Source of the DNA: Folioceros fuciformis
Lineage: Eukaryota
DNA: 62,957 bases
Direction of reading: 5' to 3'
Assembly (NCBI GenBank): GCA_049999805.1
Contig: JBNGIO010006382.1
Coordinates: 508,214-571,170 of the forward strand
A model generated the notes under the pieces. That model was not told the DNA's origin. It was given only the letters and a program-made list of their open reading frames with translations, and did not search any database. Both the position numbers and the translations under genes were made by a program. Shown in pieces: positions 57,230 to 62,957 of the stretch (the stretch's first letter is position 1; each line of letters begins with the position of its first letter).

Positions 57230-57581
57230 AGGCCACCGCGTAACAAGCCGCCTTTGACTGTATTGTCATCGGATGGCTAAAGCTGGAAAATTTGAAGTCA
57301 TAAGAAAACGTCTACATCTCACAATTATATACAATATGTTTCGACAAATTTAATGACCTGGCCCCTTCTCTAGTCTACAACAACTCGGTTGCGAGCAATG
57401 TAAAGACACCAGTAAGTACAGTATCAGGTGGACTAGCCTGCAGGCTTTCAGAAGGCTAGATCATAGGAGAGGAAAACATACAGGAAGCAACTCCTCCTTA
57501 AATCAATGCAGATAAAGTACAAAACGGGGAACTTCTATCGGTACACCTTGAAAAATGGGTTACACTCTGGCCCCCGATTTG

Positions 57582-60586
<3,005 letters not shown>

Positions 60587-61387
60587 CGTCAGATGCGTGC
60601 GCAATCCCGCTAGAGCTGCCGAGCCCCCGAGGCCGAACCGGGGTGGTAGCAGCTAGCTACCACGCTCGCCGCATGAGGAGGAGCACTCCCGGCGGAAACA
60701 GCCGGTGCTTGTCACCACCTGAGACACGCGTGTACCACCCCGCACTCAGCACAGTGCACTCCCCACTAGGATCCACTATTAGCACCTGTGGGGGCGGGGC
60801 CTCATTCCGTTAACAGTAGCCCGAGTCTCCCAATCCGTCCTACCTTCCGCTCTGCGCTAACTTCCTAATCGTGCTACACGTCCCCGAATCGTCCTACCTC
60901 ATCAAGGCACCAATTCCAGGCGCAGCTGCTCCATCCTGGCCTTGAGAACACGAGACTCCCGTACGTCTCCGTCCCAGCCGCTACAGCAATTCCACTCCAA
61001 TAAGATGTGCGACGGCAGTGCGTCCTCTGTCCTTCGCCAACACGAGTGTGTGCACACTACATCACAGAGGCATCTGACGGGCTCACGATCAGCCAATGCG
61101 TCAACCAGACCAGAGGCCCCCCTCCTCCTCTATTCCACGGCATAAAGCGCCAGACCCCGCGTGCTGCTCTTTCACCAACACGGAAGGAAGGAGAGAAAGA
61201 AGAAGAAAAAAAGAAAAAAGAAAAACGCTGCAGTGCAAGCACACACGCGTCGCGGAGGCAGAAGCAAGGTCGGTGTCTCCCTCCCACAGTTTAGCTCCAC
61301 TCACAACCCCAGCCAACCTACATTCGAGGTTCCGACAGTCCAAATGCTCCTCCACAACACGGAACCTCGACACCACTACTCCGGATC

Positions 61388-61460
61388 ACTCACTCCACTC
61401 CCCTCCACTCCACTCCACTCCACGCCACTCCACTCACTCCTAGGACTCCACTCCACTCTT
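61388..61460. repeat. (CTCCA)n microsatellite
   Basis: Repeated cactc/ctcca pentamers. Confidence 0.8.
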
Positions 61461-61884
61461 CTCCACCCCGCAGCTGCTCCGTCCCCCAAACTGGAGCCAG
61501 AATCCAGCGCTCCCTTGCCCTCCGCGTCCGCAATCCCCACGCTCCGCCAAATTCGGCAGCGAGTCGAGGAAGCAAGCCCGAAATTTCCCCACCACAGCGG
61601 CAGGCACCGACGGTGCAATCCAGAGCGCTCCCAGCAGAGAGCCAGAGGCTGCGTCAAATGCCGCGGCAGCGACAGCGACCGGCGGAGCAGCAGCAGGAGA
61701 TAGACATGCGGCTGGCAGTAATTCAGCAAATCCACTAGCAAAAAGGGCGGCGAAACCGCAGGGAGCGTTACGCCGCATTCGCCCGGCTTCCGAGATGAGA
61801 GCGCCACGTCGACCTGTCAGAGGCTCCCATGCACGAGAGGCGGCGTGCGGAGGAGGGGGGGGTGCACGGGATCGGCACTCCCGG

Positions 61885-62406
61885 CTACAACCGGTAACCA
61901 CGCGCTCCCGCCAAGACCCACCGCCTGCTTCCGGTGGCGGCGCCCCATTCGTCAAGGAGACGCATCAGGCAGCTGGCATAACTAACCAGACCCGAGTCCC
62001 AGACCATGAGGTAATAAAAAGCGTCTAGTAGTAACCCAGGGCCGCAAACGACGTCAACCTTATCTCCCACATGAGGTAGAAAGCAGCAGGCTTGGGGTGC
62101 GGATATTTCCGTGCCGCCACCGACACGTGGCGGAGGCGGGACCGGAGGGTACCGGACCCGCCGGTCACGGAGCCCCCCTGCTTGGATATTTTCGTCGGCG
62201 ACTAGCACACAGCCTCGGGGCTTCAGGTGCTGCCCTGAGCTGCGCCGAGCTCCCAGAGGTGTACGTACATACTCTTCCTTGTTCCGAGGTGGACTAGCAG
62301 ACACAACAAACTTCTTCGTCCTTCCGCTTCCGCTTCGTCTGAGCTTCTCCGTTTTGTCGTGTTCCTTACCTAATATCTGACTCGGCGAATATTCCACAGG
62401 ATGCAC
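61885..62406 (-). other. 173-aa ATG-initiated ORF, unassigned
   Basis: Open frame with a basic N-terminus and Pro-rich stretch; no family recognised; GC-rich context favours spurious ORFs. Confidence 0.2.
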
Positions 62407-62957
62407 ATTTATTATGCAGATATTAAATCTTAACGCCTCCTGGGAATACGCGCGCCTGATTAGGCGCGAGTCCGCGGGAGGAACGTGAGAAATGGATGGC
62501 TCACAGGCCGCGCCAAACGAGCTCTAGGAGTGGGCGAGCCGAACCGGAACCGGAGCCGGAGCCGGAGCCGGATCCGGAGCGGGTGGAGCGAGGCGCCGTC
62601 GAACTTGGGTCACCGATTGGCCACGTGGTCGCCACCCTAATCTTCCGCCGGTCAACCTAACCGTCCAAGCCGGTGGTGGGACCGGGGAACCGGCTGACCC
62701 GGTCGTCGCCTCCGACGTACATGTATGTACATATTGCAAAATATCTACGTCCTGGATGTATCTCTCATCCGTATGCCCCAGACCAGAATACCTACGTATT
62801 CAGTGTGTGCGTACATACGGTGCAGAGGAGAGGAAATCGGCTACGTACATCCAGTGGCTGGCTGGCCGTGCAGTCTAGTCGGCCAGGAGGCCGGTCAGGA
62901 CGGGAGGGAAGAATCCTGGTGGTAACGGCTGAGAGCGGGGCAGGTGCGGCAGGAGAC

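Noticed and set aside
61885-62406. Agenet/Tudor-like domain (RVRYPP...VGDKVDV)
   Set aside because: Similarity is limited to a few residues and lacks the conserved WW motif

Overview
Gene-dense, intron-containing land-plant nuclear DNA. It is probably a hornwort (Anthoceros-like), inferred from a PPR editing factor with the 'PGxSWWTD' (DYW:WW-type) box, short (mostly ~80-160 bp) introns and tight gene packing. 1-6572 is a nearly complete Ty1/copia LTR retrotransposon with two frameshifts and two unexplained extra ORF regions. A PLS-E PPR gene with a truncated DYW domain and RPS30 follow. About 11.3-27.6 kb is a rearranged accessory block of diverged direct and inverted duplications, a deleted copia, PIF/Harbinger remnants and fragments of the neighbouring Mpv17 gene. 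It hides an intact 3-exon gene (23495-24221), not recovered by the ORF track, for a secreted prepro-peptide with a 12-Cys domain of unfamiliar spacing, plus an inverted pseudogenised paralog. From 29.3 kb lie conserved genes: Mpv17/PMP22, a plastid small FSA/TalC-type aldolase with FSA-diagnostic residues, INO80 (with duplicated 3' exons), DUF569, a BOR borate exporter, PGR5, a small Cys/His zinc-motif protein, a large CTFxPxIN-repeat protein and a BAM4-like beta-amylase. All exon models were read by eye and no database searches were run.
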